DNA of 62,914 nt, counting the filler. It is 5 parts of 5 records of this genome, joined end to end, with 100 filler letters (N's around TTAATTAATTAA, not from the genome) between each part and the next. Parts side by side here need not be neighbours in the genome. Positions count along the whole stretch, not along the records: positions 1 to 31,447 come from SRR31156797_4284; 4 more parts are not named here. The stretch is one strand, 5' to 3'. Shown here one piece after another: positions 1 through 10,081 of this stretch (position 1 is the stretch's first letter; the number at the start of each line of letters is the position of its first letter). Under the pieces are notes generated by a model. That model saw only the letters and a list, made by a program, of their open reading frames with translations. It ran no database searches and was not told the DNA's origin. Made by a program: the position numbers and the translations under genes.

Positions 1-1089
1 TGGTTTATGATCTGCAATTAAAGGACAAACCTCTAACATGTGCGCCTGAAGAATTGAACTATTTTCTCCGTCGAAGTTTAATGTGTAATCTTCAAGGAAA
101 GAGCAACCGTTTGGTAAGCCTTGTCCCATGAACCACATTGAACGACATAAAGCAGCTGTTTTCCAGTCACCTTCAGCACCAAACCCATAACCATCAGCCA
201 TTAAACGCTGAGAAGCTAGACCAGGAAGCTGATCAACTCCTTCTAAATCATCAAAGTTTGTAGTAAATGCTTTAGCGCCTTTAGCTTCTAAATATCTACG
301 TAAACCTATTTCAATACGTGCGGCATGAACTACCTGCTCACGATCTTTACCACCTTCTTTACAGTTATCTGCAAGATCATACTCTTCCTCGTAAATTTTA
401 ACCAATGCAGCAACATCTTCATCACTAACACCATCCTGAACCTTTACGAAATCAGCAATTGGGCTATAATCTACATGGTAACCAAAAACTCTTTCAGCAT
501 CTACTTTATCACCATCTGTTACAGCAACGTTGTTCATTTGATCACCAAAACGAACGATCAACATATCCTGTGAATCTGCCCATCCTGCTGCTACTCTTGA
601 CCATCTTGCAATTTGAGAAACTGTTTTAGGATCTTGCCAGTGACCAACAATTACTTTACGATTTAAACGCATACGTGCAGTGATGTGACCGAATTCTCTA
701 TCACCGTGAGCACTCTGGTTTAGGTTCATGAAATCCATGTCGATATCATCCCATGGAATTTCTTTATTGTATTGAGTATGTAAATGTAGTAATGGTTTAT
801 TCAACTCTTTCAATCCGTGAATCCACATTTTAGCTGGAGAAAATGTGTGCATCCAGGTAATAACACCAATACAATTTTCTGCACTATTCGCTTCTTTACA
901 AATTTGGTGTATCTCAGCAGAACCTGTTCCTGTAGGCTTACAAACAATTTTTACCGGAATTTCAGCAGATGCATCAAATGCTCCAGCAATTTCTTTTGAA
1001 TGTTCAGCAACTTGCTCCAATGTTTTTGGACCATATAAATGTTGGCTTCCTGTTAAAAACCAAACCTCCATTTGATTCAATGTATTCAT
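1..1089 (-). CDS. araA: L-arabinose isomerase (3' end outside window; missing from the ORF track)
   Basis: Minus-strand translation from ATG at 1089 reads MNTLNQMEVWFLTGSQHLYGPKTLEQVAEHS... and later WMHTFSPAKMWI, DMDFMNLNQSAHGDREFG and GYGFGAEGDWKTAAL, all AraA hallmarks. Confidence 0.96.
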   Translation of the reverse strand, partial: MNTLNQMEVWFLTGSQHLYGPKTLEQVAEHSKEIAGAFDASAEIPVKIVCKPTGTGSAEIHQICKEANSAENCIGVITWMHTFSPAKMWIHGLKELNKPLLHLHTQYNKEIPWDDIDMDFMNLNQSAHGDREFGHITARMRLNRKVIVGHWQDPKTVSQIARWSRVAAGWADSQDMLIVRFGDQMNNVAVTDGDKVDAERVFGYHVDYSPIADFVKVQDGVSDEDVAALVKIYEEEYDLADNCKEGGKDREQVVHAARIEIGLRRYLEAKGAKAFTTNFDDLEGVDQLPGLASQRLMADGYGFGAEGDWKTAALCRSMWFMGQGLPNGCSFLEDYTLNFDGENSSILQAHMLEVCPLIADHKP

Positions 1090-1196
1090 AATAACTGATT
1101 TTAAATAATACCTTAATTAAAAGAAATGTGTATTTTTAATAACACACCCCCTTTTTCCAAACACTTTTAAATATTTAATTTCACTTTCATCTACTT

Positions 1197-1217
1197 TTAT
1201 AGTATTTTTTACTATTA
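1197..1217. promoter_or_regulatory. Putative NrtR/AraR-family operator upstream of araA
   Basis: TTATAGTATTTTTTACTATTA is a 21-bp near-palindrome with a GT-N7-AC core and is a near copy of the site at 1954-1974. Confidence 0.7.
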
Positions 1218-1243
1218 AAAGATCAAAAAAAATGAAAATCTCA

Positions 1244-1936
1244 CTAAATTTTCACAATTCTATCAAAAGACTTTTCTTTTGCTTCTTTTAGAAATTTATA
1301 ATAATAAGCACCACGCCTGGACTCTGTTGTATTCTTTTCATCCAGTCGCTGTAGAACGTTTAAAGATAAAACTTTTTTCCTAAAATTACCGGTATCCAGT
1401 TCCTTTTGAAACATCGCTTCATATAACTTTCTTAATTGCAACAAGGTAAACTGATCAGGCAGTAACTCACTACCAACCAACTCCATACCTGCTTTATTCT
1501 GCAACTTCTCCAAGGCCTTATTAATCATATCCTGATGGTCAAAAACCAATGCCGGCAGCGACTTTAAAGACCACCAATGCGCACCATTTTCTTTTACCTT
1601 ATCAGAATTATGCTGATCTATCCTTATTAAAGCATAATATGCAATACTAATTACACGATCTTCGATATCCCTTCTGGGTTCTGAGAACACCTCTACCTGT
1701 TCCAGGAAAATATCCTCTAAACCGGTAATCTTCTTTAAGATACGTCTTGCCGAAGCATCAGACGATTCTTGTTCTCCAACAAATCCTCCCATCAGTGACC
1801 ATTTTCCTTTAGCCGGTTCAAAACCGCGGTGATAAAGCAACACTTTTAAGTCACCGTCTTCATAACCAAAGATCACACAGTCAACAGCCACAAAATATTT
1901 TGAGAACTTGTTGTATTTATCTCCCATGATCATCAT
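1244..1936 (-). CDS. NrtR-family (Nudix + wHTH) transcriptional regulator, AraR/XylR-like
   Basis: VAVDCVIFGY...KGKWSLMGGFV Nudix-like domain and FTLLQLRKLYE...DTGNFRKKV...RRGAYYY wHTH; adjacent to araA. The start is probably 1936, 1933 or 1927 rather than 1984, because a promoter and operator occupy 1945-1974. Confidence 0.88.
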   Translation of the reverse strand: MMIMGDKYNKFSKYFVAVDCVIFGYEDGDLKVLLYHRGFEPAKGKWSLMGGFVGEQESSDASARRILKKITGLEDIFLEQVEVFSEPRRDIEDRVISIAYYALIRIDQHNSDKVKENGAHWWSLKSLPALVFDHQDMINKALEKLQNKAGMELVGSELLPDQFTLLQLRKLYEAMFQKELDTGNFRKKVLSLNVLQRLDEKNTTESRRGAYYYKFLKEAKEKSFDRIVKI

Positions 1937-1944
1937 ATCCGCAG

Positions 1945-1974
1945 CAAATATATTAATAGTATCTAATACTATTA
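1945..1974 (-). promoter_or_regulatory. Bacteroidota -7 promoter element plus perfect 21-bp palindromic operator
   Basis: TATATTTG (TAnnTTTG) on the minus strand at 1945-1952; TAATAGTA-TCTAA-TACTATTA at 1954-1974 with a GT-N7-AC core. Confidence 0.75.
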
Positions 1975-2074
1975 TAAAAAACACGACATTTTTTTTAGCT
2001 TTTTTTTACATTTTTTTTAGAACTAAACACTTATAAATTGGTTTTACTTGATTAGATTTTTTTATTCTAAAATG

Positions 2075-2111
2075 AAAAAAGCGCCTGAAACAATAGTTCC
2101 GGGCGCTTTTT
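2075..2111 (-). terminator. Intrinsic terminator after the DUF5107 gene
   Basis: AAAAAAGCGCCTGAAAC-AATA-GTTCCGGGCGCTTTTT: GC-rich stem with A/T tails on both sides. Confidence 0.8.
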
Positions 2112-2190
2112 ATACTTAATTCCAATATTTCTATTTCATCATTATTAATAATGATTATAAATATCAAATGTTATAAATTGAAAAATAGTT

Positions 2191-5100
2191 TCAACACAAT
2201 TTTACATTTACTAATGCTCCAATATGATAACTATCCTTTTCTAAAACTTTATCAAACTCAACTTTTGCTTTCTTACTGTTCATTAATCCCAAATGACCTA
2301 AAGCCATCAGATAATGACAATGCTGTTCATGGCGCTCTTGCAAATCTTCTTCAAAGATCAATAAGTCAGGTAATGATACTGCAAAGTAATCCATCTTAAA
2401 TGGTACAAACAGTTGCTTTTCGCCATATTTCACCAACTTATTAAAACGGCTACAGGCCTCATCTTCACGTCCTAATTGAATTAGAGCCAAACCTTGATAG
2501 AAAATTTTATCCGGTTGCTGATCGTTATAATACATAGCAGCTGTTGGCTCAGACAAACCAATAGCAGCCTGCTCCCATGCTTGCTTTGCCTTTTCAGTTT
2601 CGCCCATACCTTGGTAAGCACAACCCAACCAGTAATTGATATCATTTTCCTGAGCTCCAAACAATTTACCTTCTCCTAAATTATGAGGATACTGAAAACA
2701 AGCCACCAAATGATCGATTGCCTCTTGATAGCTTTTAACAGCAATGGCTTTTTTAGCTAACTCAATATGACTATACAAATATTGTCCGGTTACTTTTCCT
2801 TCACCACCTTCCCAAGGGTGAAACTGACGCTTCATTATCAAATCAAGGGCTTTTGCCTCTTCACCTTTCAAATTGTACAAAGTAGCTCTTTCCAGATAAA
2901 GATCGTCTCGGAAATCAACTTCATCAGGGTGTTTTTCAAGAATAGCCAGGCGCTCATTCACTGATACTCCCATCTTTTTATAAAGCTGATCTAACTCCAT
3001 CAAGACTCTGGAATCGGTGGTATCCAATTCAAAGGCTTTCTCCAAAGACTCTCTTGCAGCTTGAGGATCGTTTTGCTTATTGTAGTAGGCCAAAGCCAGG
3101 TTACGATGCACGGTAGGATAAGTATCATCCAACGATCTTGATTTCTCCCAACACGCTGTAGCTTCGCTATATTGACGTGAGCCGTACCAGAAATTTCCAA
3201 GATAATGCCATGCTTTAGAATCTTCCGGATTAACTTCAACAGCCTTTTGTAATACCAACAACTCTTCCAGCTTATTTGGGAAACAATAATCAGGCGATAG
3301 CTGAGAAGCTAAAACGAAAGCTTCTTTTGAAGCGGCTGCGTCTCCTGACTGTGCTAAATAATAGCCTTTAAAATACATAGCCATCGGATACATTTCGTCC
3401 TTACCTTCGGTATGAAGAGAGATGAAATCAATTGCCTCTTTGTAGAATCCGGCTTGAGCATAATCCAGTGAGAACTCAATATAGTTGTGCACGTAATCGC
3501 GCATTAACTCTTTCATGTGAGTCAAGACAGTTTCATCACCTGTAATAATGTATTTTTCATACAAAGCACCAAAGTTGAAACGATCCATCTCCAACGACTC
3601 TTCAATCAACTTAAGAGCTGCATTGTTTTGTCCGGCATCGCGCAATAACATTATTTTCAGATGACGTGCTTTCTGGTTCAACCAGTTTCGCCATAACGAA
3701 CGATCCACCAACTCCAATGCCTTCTCCCTGTTACCAAGGATGGAATCGATCTGAGCTGCCTGAAAAAATCCACTATCCTGCCATGCCCCATTCCAGGTTG
3801 ATTTAAAGAAAGAACCATAAGCCTCTTCCAACTTACCTTGCATACGCAAACAGAAACCTAAATTGTATAATGGTTCTCCATCGTATGGATTTGGGTTACG
3901 TTCAGTTAATGTCTCTATTGCAGTTCTGAAATAAGGCTCTGCTTTAGCAAACTGACCTTTCTTCATCAGCCACAATCCCATGGCATTGTTATTACGAACA
4001 TCTCCAGGCTCACGCATTAGAGCTTCCAGATAATAATCCGTCGGATTGTAAGTGGCATGACGATATTGCTCCAAATGCAATCCTCGCAAATAGAGTTGCT
4101 CAACAGAATGAATATCTGCAGGATCTTTAGCAGCTTTAGCAGGATCTGGTATTGGCTTCAACTCTTCAGGCTCAGTTTGCCAGTCAACCAATACTTTTCC
4201 TTCTTTGCTTACAATTGAAATATAACAATCTTCAAGATTAATCTCCTTATTAATAATCTCGCTCAAACTCATTTCAGGAGAGAAATCAACAACACTTTCA
4301 AAAATTGTGTTCCTTTCACTTTTAACAGTAACAGTTGCACCCGGATACTCTCCTGTAGTATATGCTTTTAATCTGAAACCTTCTCCTTCTGTCTCAAGGT
4401 TGATCATAGCCTCTTTAGTCGCATTCTTAACCACACCTAAATCACGATATGGCATAAAGTACTGCTTAAAGCTCTTCTCTTCATAAGGTTGTAACCAGGT
4501 AAAATCCGGTTGATTATCGGTATAAACACCACACATCAACTCAATATACGGTCCATCCTCATCCGTCAGGTTGCGATCCCATGCCTGTCCAAAATCTCCA
4601 TTACCCCAGGTCCACTGCTTTTTACCCGGCGACTGATGATGATCAGCCACATGAAGCAATCCTCCTTGCGAATCATTTTCAAAGCCACCCACAAAATTAT
4701 ATTTCGATGTGATGGCCATATAACTGGTTGGAACCGGAATATTCTTATAACGAGAAATATCTACACCAGCTGAATAATCTACTTTATAATACTCGCCTGT
4801 TGCAATAGGGAAGCTGGAAACATCGCGCTTTCCGTGATCGAATACAGCATTTACATCCGGTGGAAAAACCGATTGATAATCGTCATTCACCTTAACTGCA
4901 GGATTGGCCCACCACAAGAACGTTTGTGGATGCGGTGTGCGATTATACAACTTCACCTTGATTTCCATGTAGGCTTTATCAGGATACAATGTAAAACCGG
5001 CCATACCTTTAGTACGGAACATACGCTCCAATTCGCTGCACCAAACAGTAATACTACCGTCTTCATTCTCTTCAATCATAGAATCAACAGGATCGTAAGT

Positions 5101-5475
5101 TGAAGGACGGTGATGTTGAGGCCAGTTGAACTCAATACCTCCCGAGATCCAAGGACCTGTTAATCCAACCAATGCAGGTTTAATTACCTGGTTGTAATAC
5201 ACAAAATGACGCTGCTTCACTTTGTCGTAAGCCATTTGCACACGACCTCCCAATTCAGGAAGAATCATAATCTTGATGTATTTATTTTCAAGATAGATGG
5301 CATTCCACTCTTTATCGTGTTTCTCGTCTTCGATTTGTTCAATTACAGGATGCGGATATACCACTCCACTACTTCCCTGATAAACTCTTTTTTCAAGGAA
5401 AATAGGATTCTTCTCAGGCTTGCCGATTCCATAGGTAGGAATCACAACCTTCTCACGCCATGCTTTTACTTCCAT
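2191..5475 (-). CDS. DUF5107 domain + TPR repeat protein (YphG-like), cytoplasmic
   Basis: 1094 aa; N-terminal RVYQGSSGVVYP, LPELGGR, GPWISGGIEFNWPQHHRP, FLWWANPA, PGKKQWTWG motifs; C-terminal TPR-like repeats and FHPWEGGEG; no signal peptide. Confidence 0.85.
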   Translation of the reverse strand: MEVKAWREKVVIPTYGIGKPEKNPIFLEKRVYQGSSGVVYPHPVIEQIEDEKHDKEWNAIYLENKYIKIMILPELGGRVQMAYDKVKQRHFVYYNQVIKPALVGLTGPWISGGIEFNWPQHHRPSTYDPVDSMIEENEDGSITVWCSELERMFRTKGMAGFTLYPDKAYMEIKVKLYNRTPHPQTFLWWANPAVKVNDDYQSVFPPDVNAVFDHGKRDVSSFPIATGEYYKVDYSAGVDISRYKNIPVPTSYMAITSKYNFVGGFENDSQGGLLHVADHHQSPGKKQWTWGNGDFGQAWDRNLTDEDGPYIELMCGVYTDNQPDFTWLQPYEEKSFKQYFMPYRDLGVVKNATKEAMINLETEGEGFRLKAYTTGEYPGATVTVKSERNTIFESVVDFSPEMSLSEIINKEINLEDCYISIVSKEGKVLVDWQTEPEELKPIPDPAKAAKDPADIHSVEQLYLRGLHLEQYRHATYNPTDYYLEALMREPGDVRNNNAMGLWLMKKGQFAKAEPYFRTAIETLTERNPNPYDGEPLYNLGFCLRMQGKLEEAYGSFFKSTWNGAWQDSGFFQAAQIDSILGNREKALELVDRSLWRNWLNQKARHLKIMLLRDAGQNNAALKLIEESLEMDRFNFGALYEKYIITGDETVLTHMKELMRDYVHNYIEFSLDYAQAGFYKEAIDFISLHTEGKDEMYPMAMYFKGYYLAQSGDAAASKEAFVLASQLSPDYCFPNKLEELLVLQKAVEVNPEDSKAWHYLGNFWYGSRQYSEATACWEKSRSLDDTYPTVHRNLALAYYNKQNDPQAARESLEKAFELDTTDSRVLMELDQLYKKMGVSVNERLAILEKHPDEVDFRDDLYLERATLYNLKGEEAKALDLIMKRQFHPWEGGEGKVTGQYLYSHIELAKKAIAVKSYQEAIDHLVACFQYPHNLGEGKLFGAQENDINYWLGCAYQGMGETEKAKQAWEQAAIGLSEPTAAMYYNDQQPDKIFYQGLALIQLGREDEACSRFNKLVKYGEKQLFVPFKMDYFAVSLPDLLIFEEDLQERHEQHCHYLMALGHLGLMNSKKAKVEFDKVLEKDSYHIGALVNVKLC

Positions 5476-5511
5476 AACGATATAATACTTTGTTTTTTTA
5501 TTCTGAACTGT

Positions 5512-5625
5512 AGATATCCCGTTGGGATATTATTGGGGATAGGATCTTTTTCCGCTAGATCAGGATCTATTTCCGTTGGGAACAGGATCAATAATCGTTG
5601 GGACAGGGCATGCCCTGTCCCCTAC
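5512..5625. repeat. REP-like GTAG palindrome with eroded ~21-bp tandem copies
   Basis: Perfect palindrome GGGACAGGGCATGCCCTGTCCC (5600-5621), preceded by GTAG on the minus strand; AGGATC-starting units at 5541, 5562 and 5584. Confidence 0.6.
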
Positions 5626-5633
5626 AAAAGATA

Positions 5634-8498
5634 TTATTCCAAATTGACGGCATTCACAAATGAATTCCAGGCTGGGCGTTCTTTCTTCTCAAACAATTCC
5701 TTAACAACCTCTATATCAACAGCTGTTTCAGGACTGAATTTATCTGAATTCATATAGTTACTTATACTTTTCTTCAACTGACGTGCCACTGGTCTTTTAT
5801 CAAGATCATTCGTTAAATCAATACTACAAACCATCAGTTTTCCTTTTCCTACTTTTGCTTCGAAAAGCATTGCTAATCTGCGATTAAGGAACCATGTATC
5901 AATTGGTTGCACAATAGGTCTGAATTTAGGATCAAAATTCTCCAGATTCATACACTGCTGTCTGTTAGCAATTTCCCACCATTGAAGATCGCTGTAATAA
6001 TCTGTTGGAAAATCATCAAATACGGGGTGTTCATCCTGGATAAAGATCCCCGTTGTATGTGGAGGACGCATCTTAAACCATGATGTATTCCAAAAAGCCG
6101 GCACAAGATATTGTACCACATCTTTACCGTTTTCAACCTTTCCGGCAGCTAGTAAAAGAACTGATTTTCCATCTGCTAAAGCTTTTTCAACTGATTTATC
6201 AATTTCATTTACCACAACGACATTCTCAGCCTCAACCGGGTTATTATCTGATGGATACACCCAAACATTCCACTGATTGGTATAGTCTCCCACATTCACT
6301 TTTAAAGAATATTTTCCTGCTTTCGACACAAAATCCAACGATAGGGATATATTTCCCACCTTATTACAATGTCCGATTGCAATTTTCTCAGGAGTAAATA
6401 CCCCCTCTTTTGCAACCACCGAATCCTGAATTAATTTCCATGATACAGTTTTCCCAACCATTTCTTCGCCACTAAAATTGGCAATTTCGATGTCAGCCTT
6501 TAATGTATCCTTCGATTCAAAAGTGAATTTAGGCAAACGAGCCAAAGGCACTACCTCATTACAAAATGCTTTAAACTCTTCGGCAGAAATGTATCCTTTC
6601 TCATCCCAGAAAGCATCTAACACACCAACCAATGCAGTTCCCTGACCTGAAAAATCATTTAAACTCAACAACTGGAATCCTGTCAGGTTTTCGGTTCTTA
6701 ATGTGGCTTCTATCTCCTGCTTGTAACATGATGCCTGCATTTTACCGGAAGCCATAAGAAACTTTTCAGACAGATCTGCCATACCATTGTCTGCAAAATC
6801 TTCTTGAAACAACTCGAAGTTTTTAGCTTTTAACGAACCGGTATATTTATCAATCTCTTTGAAATTAGGAAATACACACCACTGTCCCATTTCAAAAGTT
6901 ACATATGGTTTATCCTGATTTTCTGTTTTATGGTTGTAATCAAACATGGACTCTGGTTGCTTGTTTTTCCATTCCAATCCGCGGGGACGAGCGCGACACA
7001 AAAACTCACTGCGAGGAATAATGTGCCAGCTTCCTCCGGTAGAAGCACCGGTGAATATACGCTGCGGATCATAGGCTTTAAAATGATCAACCCAATTATT
7101 CAGGTAATCGACATATCTTCCGGAAGGTTCGTTTCCATAGGCCATCATACAAAATGAAGGGTGGTTTCCGTATGTATCAATAATTCGTTTCGACTCTTCC
7201 ATTAAGTAAGCATCAATTGGTCTTCCATAACCAAGAGATGTTGAATATTTTGCCCAGCTAGGTCCTTCCACCTGCAAATAAATACCGGCTTTATCCGCAG
7301 CAATAAAAGCTGCTTCCGGAGGACAATAAGAGTGGAATCGAATATGATTTAATCCAAAATTCTGACAAATTTTGTAAATACGTGCCCAATCAGCCTCATC
7401 TGTCGGAGGATAACCGGTTAAAGGAAATACACAACAATCAGTCGTTCCTCTTAAAAATGTTTGTGTTCCGTTTATTTCGAAATGCTTGTCTACAATAGTA
7501 AACTCGCGCATACCAAACACTTCTTTCTTAACATCGGCGAGTTTTTCCTGACTTTTAACTCCTACCGTTAACTCATAAAAATCAGGAGAAAACTCACTCC
7601 ATGTTTTAAAATCATCGCCCATTGGTATAGAAAAAACCAGCGAATCACTTTCCTGTTCCCATACTTTAACGACACTTCCAATATCGTGATAATGATTATA
7701 ACCTTTTATACTAAAATCCAGTTGCCCCTTTGATATAAGCGATGATAATTTAACCATTACCTCAATCGATTTATTCGCTAAATCAGGTGTAACTTTAACC
7801 TGTTTTATACTAAGCTTATTTTTGGTTTCCAGATATATTTCACCAACTACTCCATTCCAGTTTCCTTGTGTATGATCTGAAATACTGTGAGAATTAATTC
7901 CTGGATCAACATCACGGATGGCATTATCAATTTTAAGTGTCAGTTTATGTTTTCCGACAGTCGACATTTCTCCAGGAATTACGAACTGATGTGGCACCGA
8001 CAGACTGTTATCTGAACCAATTTTAATGGTATCAAACCAAATAGTAGTTTGCCAGTGAGGACGCTCCAGATTCAGAACTACATCTTTTCCAATCCATTCA
8101 GCTGGAATCTCAATTTCTTTTTGATACCAGGCCATCCCTACGTAATGCTTCACCGGAGTCAGCCAAAACGGGAATTTCATATCTCCTTCCTGTCGATACT
8201 TTGCTAATTCCGGATTAAAATACCAGGAACTATCATAAATACTTCCAGTCCATTCTGTATGCAAATCAGGCTCTTCTCCTATTTCGTAATCCCTCAATGC
8301 TCCCGGCAATTGAATTTGTTCTATAAATTCATCCTGGAACCACATTTCCTTCTCTCCTAGCTCCAGACTATCCAGACGATAATACCAATTTCCTGATAAG
8401 TTAATTTCCTTAAGGTCCTTCTTGTTACAAGCAGCAAAAAGAAATGCAAAAATTACTATGAATGCAATGTAAGTTCTCATTTTAAACAATACCATCAT
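5634..8498 (-). CDS. Glycoside hydrolase family 2-like lipoprotein
   Basis: Lipobox-like FAAC; LSGNW, AWYQKEI, FGMREF, FLRG, GLNHIRFHS, YGNHPSF...GNE GH2/GH-A motifs. Alternative start at 8480. Confidence 0.85.
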   Translation of the reverse strand: MMVLFKMRTYIAFIVIFAFLFAACNKKDLKEINLSGNWYYRLDSLELGEKEMWFQDEFIEQIQLPGALRDYEIGEEPDLHTEWTGSIYDSSWYFNPELAKYRQEGDMKFPFWLTPVKHYVGMAWYQKEIEIPAEWIGKDVVLNLERPHWQTTIWFDTIKIGSDNSLSVPHQFVIPGEMSTVGKHKLTLKIDNAIRDVDPGINSHSISDHTQGNWNGVVGEIYLETKNKLSIKQVKVTPDLANKSIEVMVKLSSLISKGQLDFSIKGYNHYHDIGSVVKVWEQESDSLVFSIPMGDDFKTWSEFSPDFYELTVGVKSQEKLADVKKEVFGMREFTIVDKHFEINGTQTFLRGTTDCCVFPLTGYPPTDEADWARIYKICQNFGLNHIRFHSYCPPEAAFIAADKAGIYLQVEGPSWAKYSTSLGYGRPIDAYLMEESKRIIDTYGNHPSFCMMAYGNEPSGRYVDYLNNWVDHFKAYDPQRIFTGASTGGSWHIIPRSEFLCRARPRGLEWKNKQPESMFDYNHKTENQDKPYVTFEMGQWCVFPNFKEIDKYTGSLKAKNFELFQEDFADNGMADLSEKFLMASGKMQASCYKQEIEATLRTENLTGFQLLSLNDFSGQGTALVGVLDAFWDEKGYISAEEFKAFCNEVVPLARLPKFTFESKDTLKADIEIANFSGEEMVGKTVSWKLIQDSVVAKEGVFTPEKIAIGHCNKVGNISLSLDFVSKAGKYSLKVNVGDYTNQWNVWVYPSDNNPVEAENVVVVNEIDKSVEKALADGKSVLLLAAGKVENGKDVVQYLVPAFWNTSWFKMRPPHTTGIFIQDEHPVFDDFPTDYYSDLQWWEIANRQQCMNLENFDPKFRPIVQPIDTWFLNRRLAMLFEAKVGKGKLMVCSIDLTNDLDKRPVARQLKKSISNYMNSDKFSPETAVDIEVVKELFEKKERPAWNSFVNAVNLE

Positions 8499-9887
8499 TT
8501 ATCTATTATAAAACTCTTCAATCTCTTCCAGTGACTTCCCTTTCGTTTCCGTTACTTTCTCATACACAAAAACAAATCCACCAATACAAATACCGGCATA
8601 CAACATAAATGTACCTCCAGCCTCAAGAATTTTATTTAGTAATGGGAAAGAATAAGTCAGTGCAAAGCAAGCTATCCATAACACAGTAGTTGCCAAAGCC
8701 ATAGCTGCACCACGAATACTATTAGGAAAAATCTCAGACAATATCACCCAGGTAACTGGCGCTAAAGTCATGGCATAGGCTGCAATACCCATCACCACAA
8801 GAACCAACATAATCACACCTTGAATATTGAGCAAATAACAACTTCCTAATGCAATATAAATAATAGCCATAGCAAATGATCCAAACAACATTAATTTACG
8901 TCGCCCAAGCTTATCAACTGTTTGCATAGCCAGGATTGTAAATACTAAATTCACTACGCCGGTAATAACAATATTAAAGAGCATATCTCCTACCGAATAA
9001 CCAGCTGCAGAAAATACTTCTTCGGCATAATTGAATACGACATTGATACCACACCATTGCTGAAAAGCTGCCAGTACCATTCCGATTACAATCACCTTCT
9101 TATGCTTTGGAGAAAAAAGCTCTTTCCAGTTTACTTTTTTCGATTCTTGTTTTATTGTTGAATGAATATTTTCCTCTTCTTTCTGCGCATATTCATCTCC
9201 ACCAATTTTTGCTAAAATGGCTTTTGCTCCTTTTGCATCACCCGCTTTTACTAAATAGCGCGGACTTTCGGGAATAAAAAAGGCCAAAATAAAGAAGGCT
9301 GCCGCCGGTATCGTTTCGGCCCAAAACATAATTCGCCAACCAGTTTGACCATTCCATGAATTACGAATAACCATATCTGAGGCTCCTACCGGAATATCCT
9401 CTGCAATCCATAAATTAACAATTTGCGCTGCCAGTATTCCTATAACGATGGTTAATTGATTGACAGCCACTAAGCGACCTCTTATTTCAGCAGGAGATAT
9501 TTCTGCTATATACATCGGAGATAAAGCTGAAGCCAAGCCAATACCAAATCCCCCGATTAAACGATACATGATAAATGGCGTCAGATGATCTGCTGCTCCT
9601 GTTCCAATAGCAGACAAGGTGAAAAAGGCTGCTGCCAGAATTAAGGGCTTTTTTCGTCCGTATCTATCCGAAAGAAAACCTGAAACCAAGGCTCCTAGCA
9701 AACACCCTATTAAAGCACTGCTCATTACCCAACCTTGTAAACCCGGCGAGTTAGTTATTTCGAAAAATCGCTCGTAAAAAGGTTTCGCGCCTCCAATAAC
9801 CACCCAATCGTAACCAAACAGTAATCCTCCCATGGCAGATACCATGGTGATGCCTAAAATAAATAATCGATTATAGTTCTTCTTCAC
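8499..9887 (-). CDS. Sugar porter family MFS transporter (XylE/AraE-like)
   Basis: GGLLFGYD, DRYGRK, PMYIAEISP, PESPR, QQWCGIN, SEIFP, ETKGKSLEEIE; GTG start. Confidence 0.93.
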   Translation of the reverse strand: MKKNYNRLFILGITMVSAMGGLLFGYDWVVIGGAKPFYERFFEITNSPGLQGWVMSSALIGCLLGALVSGFLSDRYGRKKPLILAAAFFTLSAIGTGAADHLTPFIMYRLIGGFGIGLASALSPMYIAEISPAEIRGRLVAVNQLTIVIGILAAQIVNLWIAEDIPVGASDMVIRNSWNGQTGWRIMFWAETIPAAAFFILAFFIPESPRYLVKAGDAKGAKAILAKIGGDEYAQKEEENIHSTIKQESKKVNWKELFSPKHKKVIVIGMVLAAFQQWCGINVVFNYAEEVFSAAGYSVGDMLFNIVITGVVNLVFTILAMQTVDKLGRRKLMLFGSFAMAIIYIALGSCYLLNIQGVIMLVLVVMGIAAYAMTLAPVTWVILSEIFPNSIRGAAMALATTVLWIACFALTYSFPLLNKILEAGGTFMLYAGICIGGFVFVYEKVTETKGKSLEEIEEFYNR

Positions 9888-10081
9888 AATAATAAATTTG
9901 ATATAGCAAATGTAACAGAGCTACCTGTTTGAAACAATGATTTATTTTTCCATTGCATGGACTATCTTATCACAAATCAAAAACAACGAACACAACCACA
10001 ACACAACAATATAAAGGTTTTATACTAATACAAACCTTTAAATCCTTTACAATTTACTTATATTTGCACAAATAATCATTT

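Noticed and set aside
325..1075. Three short plus-strand ORFs
   Set aside because: They are antisense shadows of araA.
5512..5625. Possible mini-CRISPR array
   Set aside because: The period is only 21-22 bp, there are no unique spacers, the units are degenerate and no cas genes are present.
8496..8501. In-frame abutting MFS stop and GH2 start suggesting a readthrough fusion
   Set aside because: TAA is a strong stop and GH2 has its own lipoprotein signal; translational coupling explains the arrangement.
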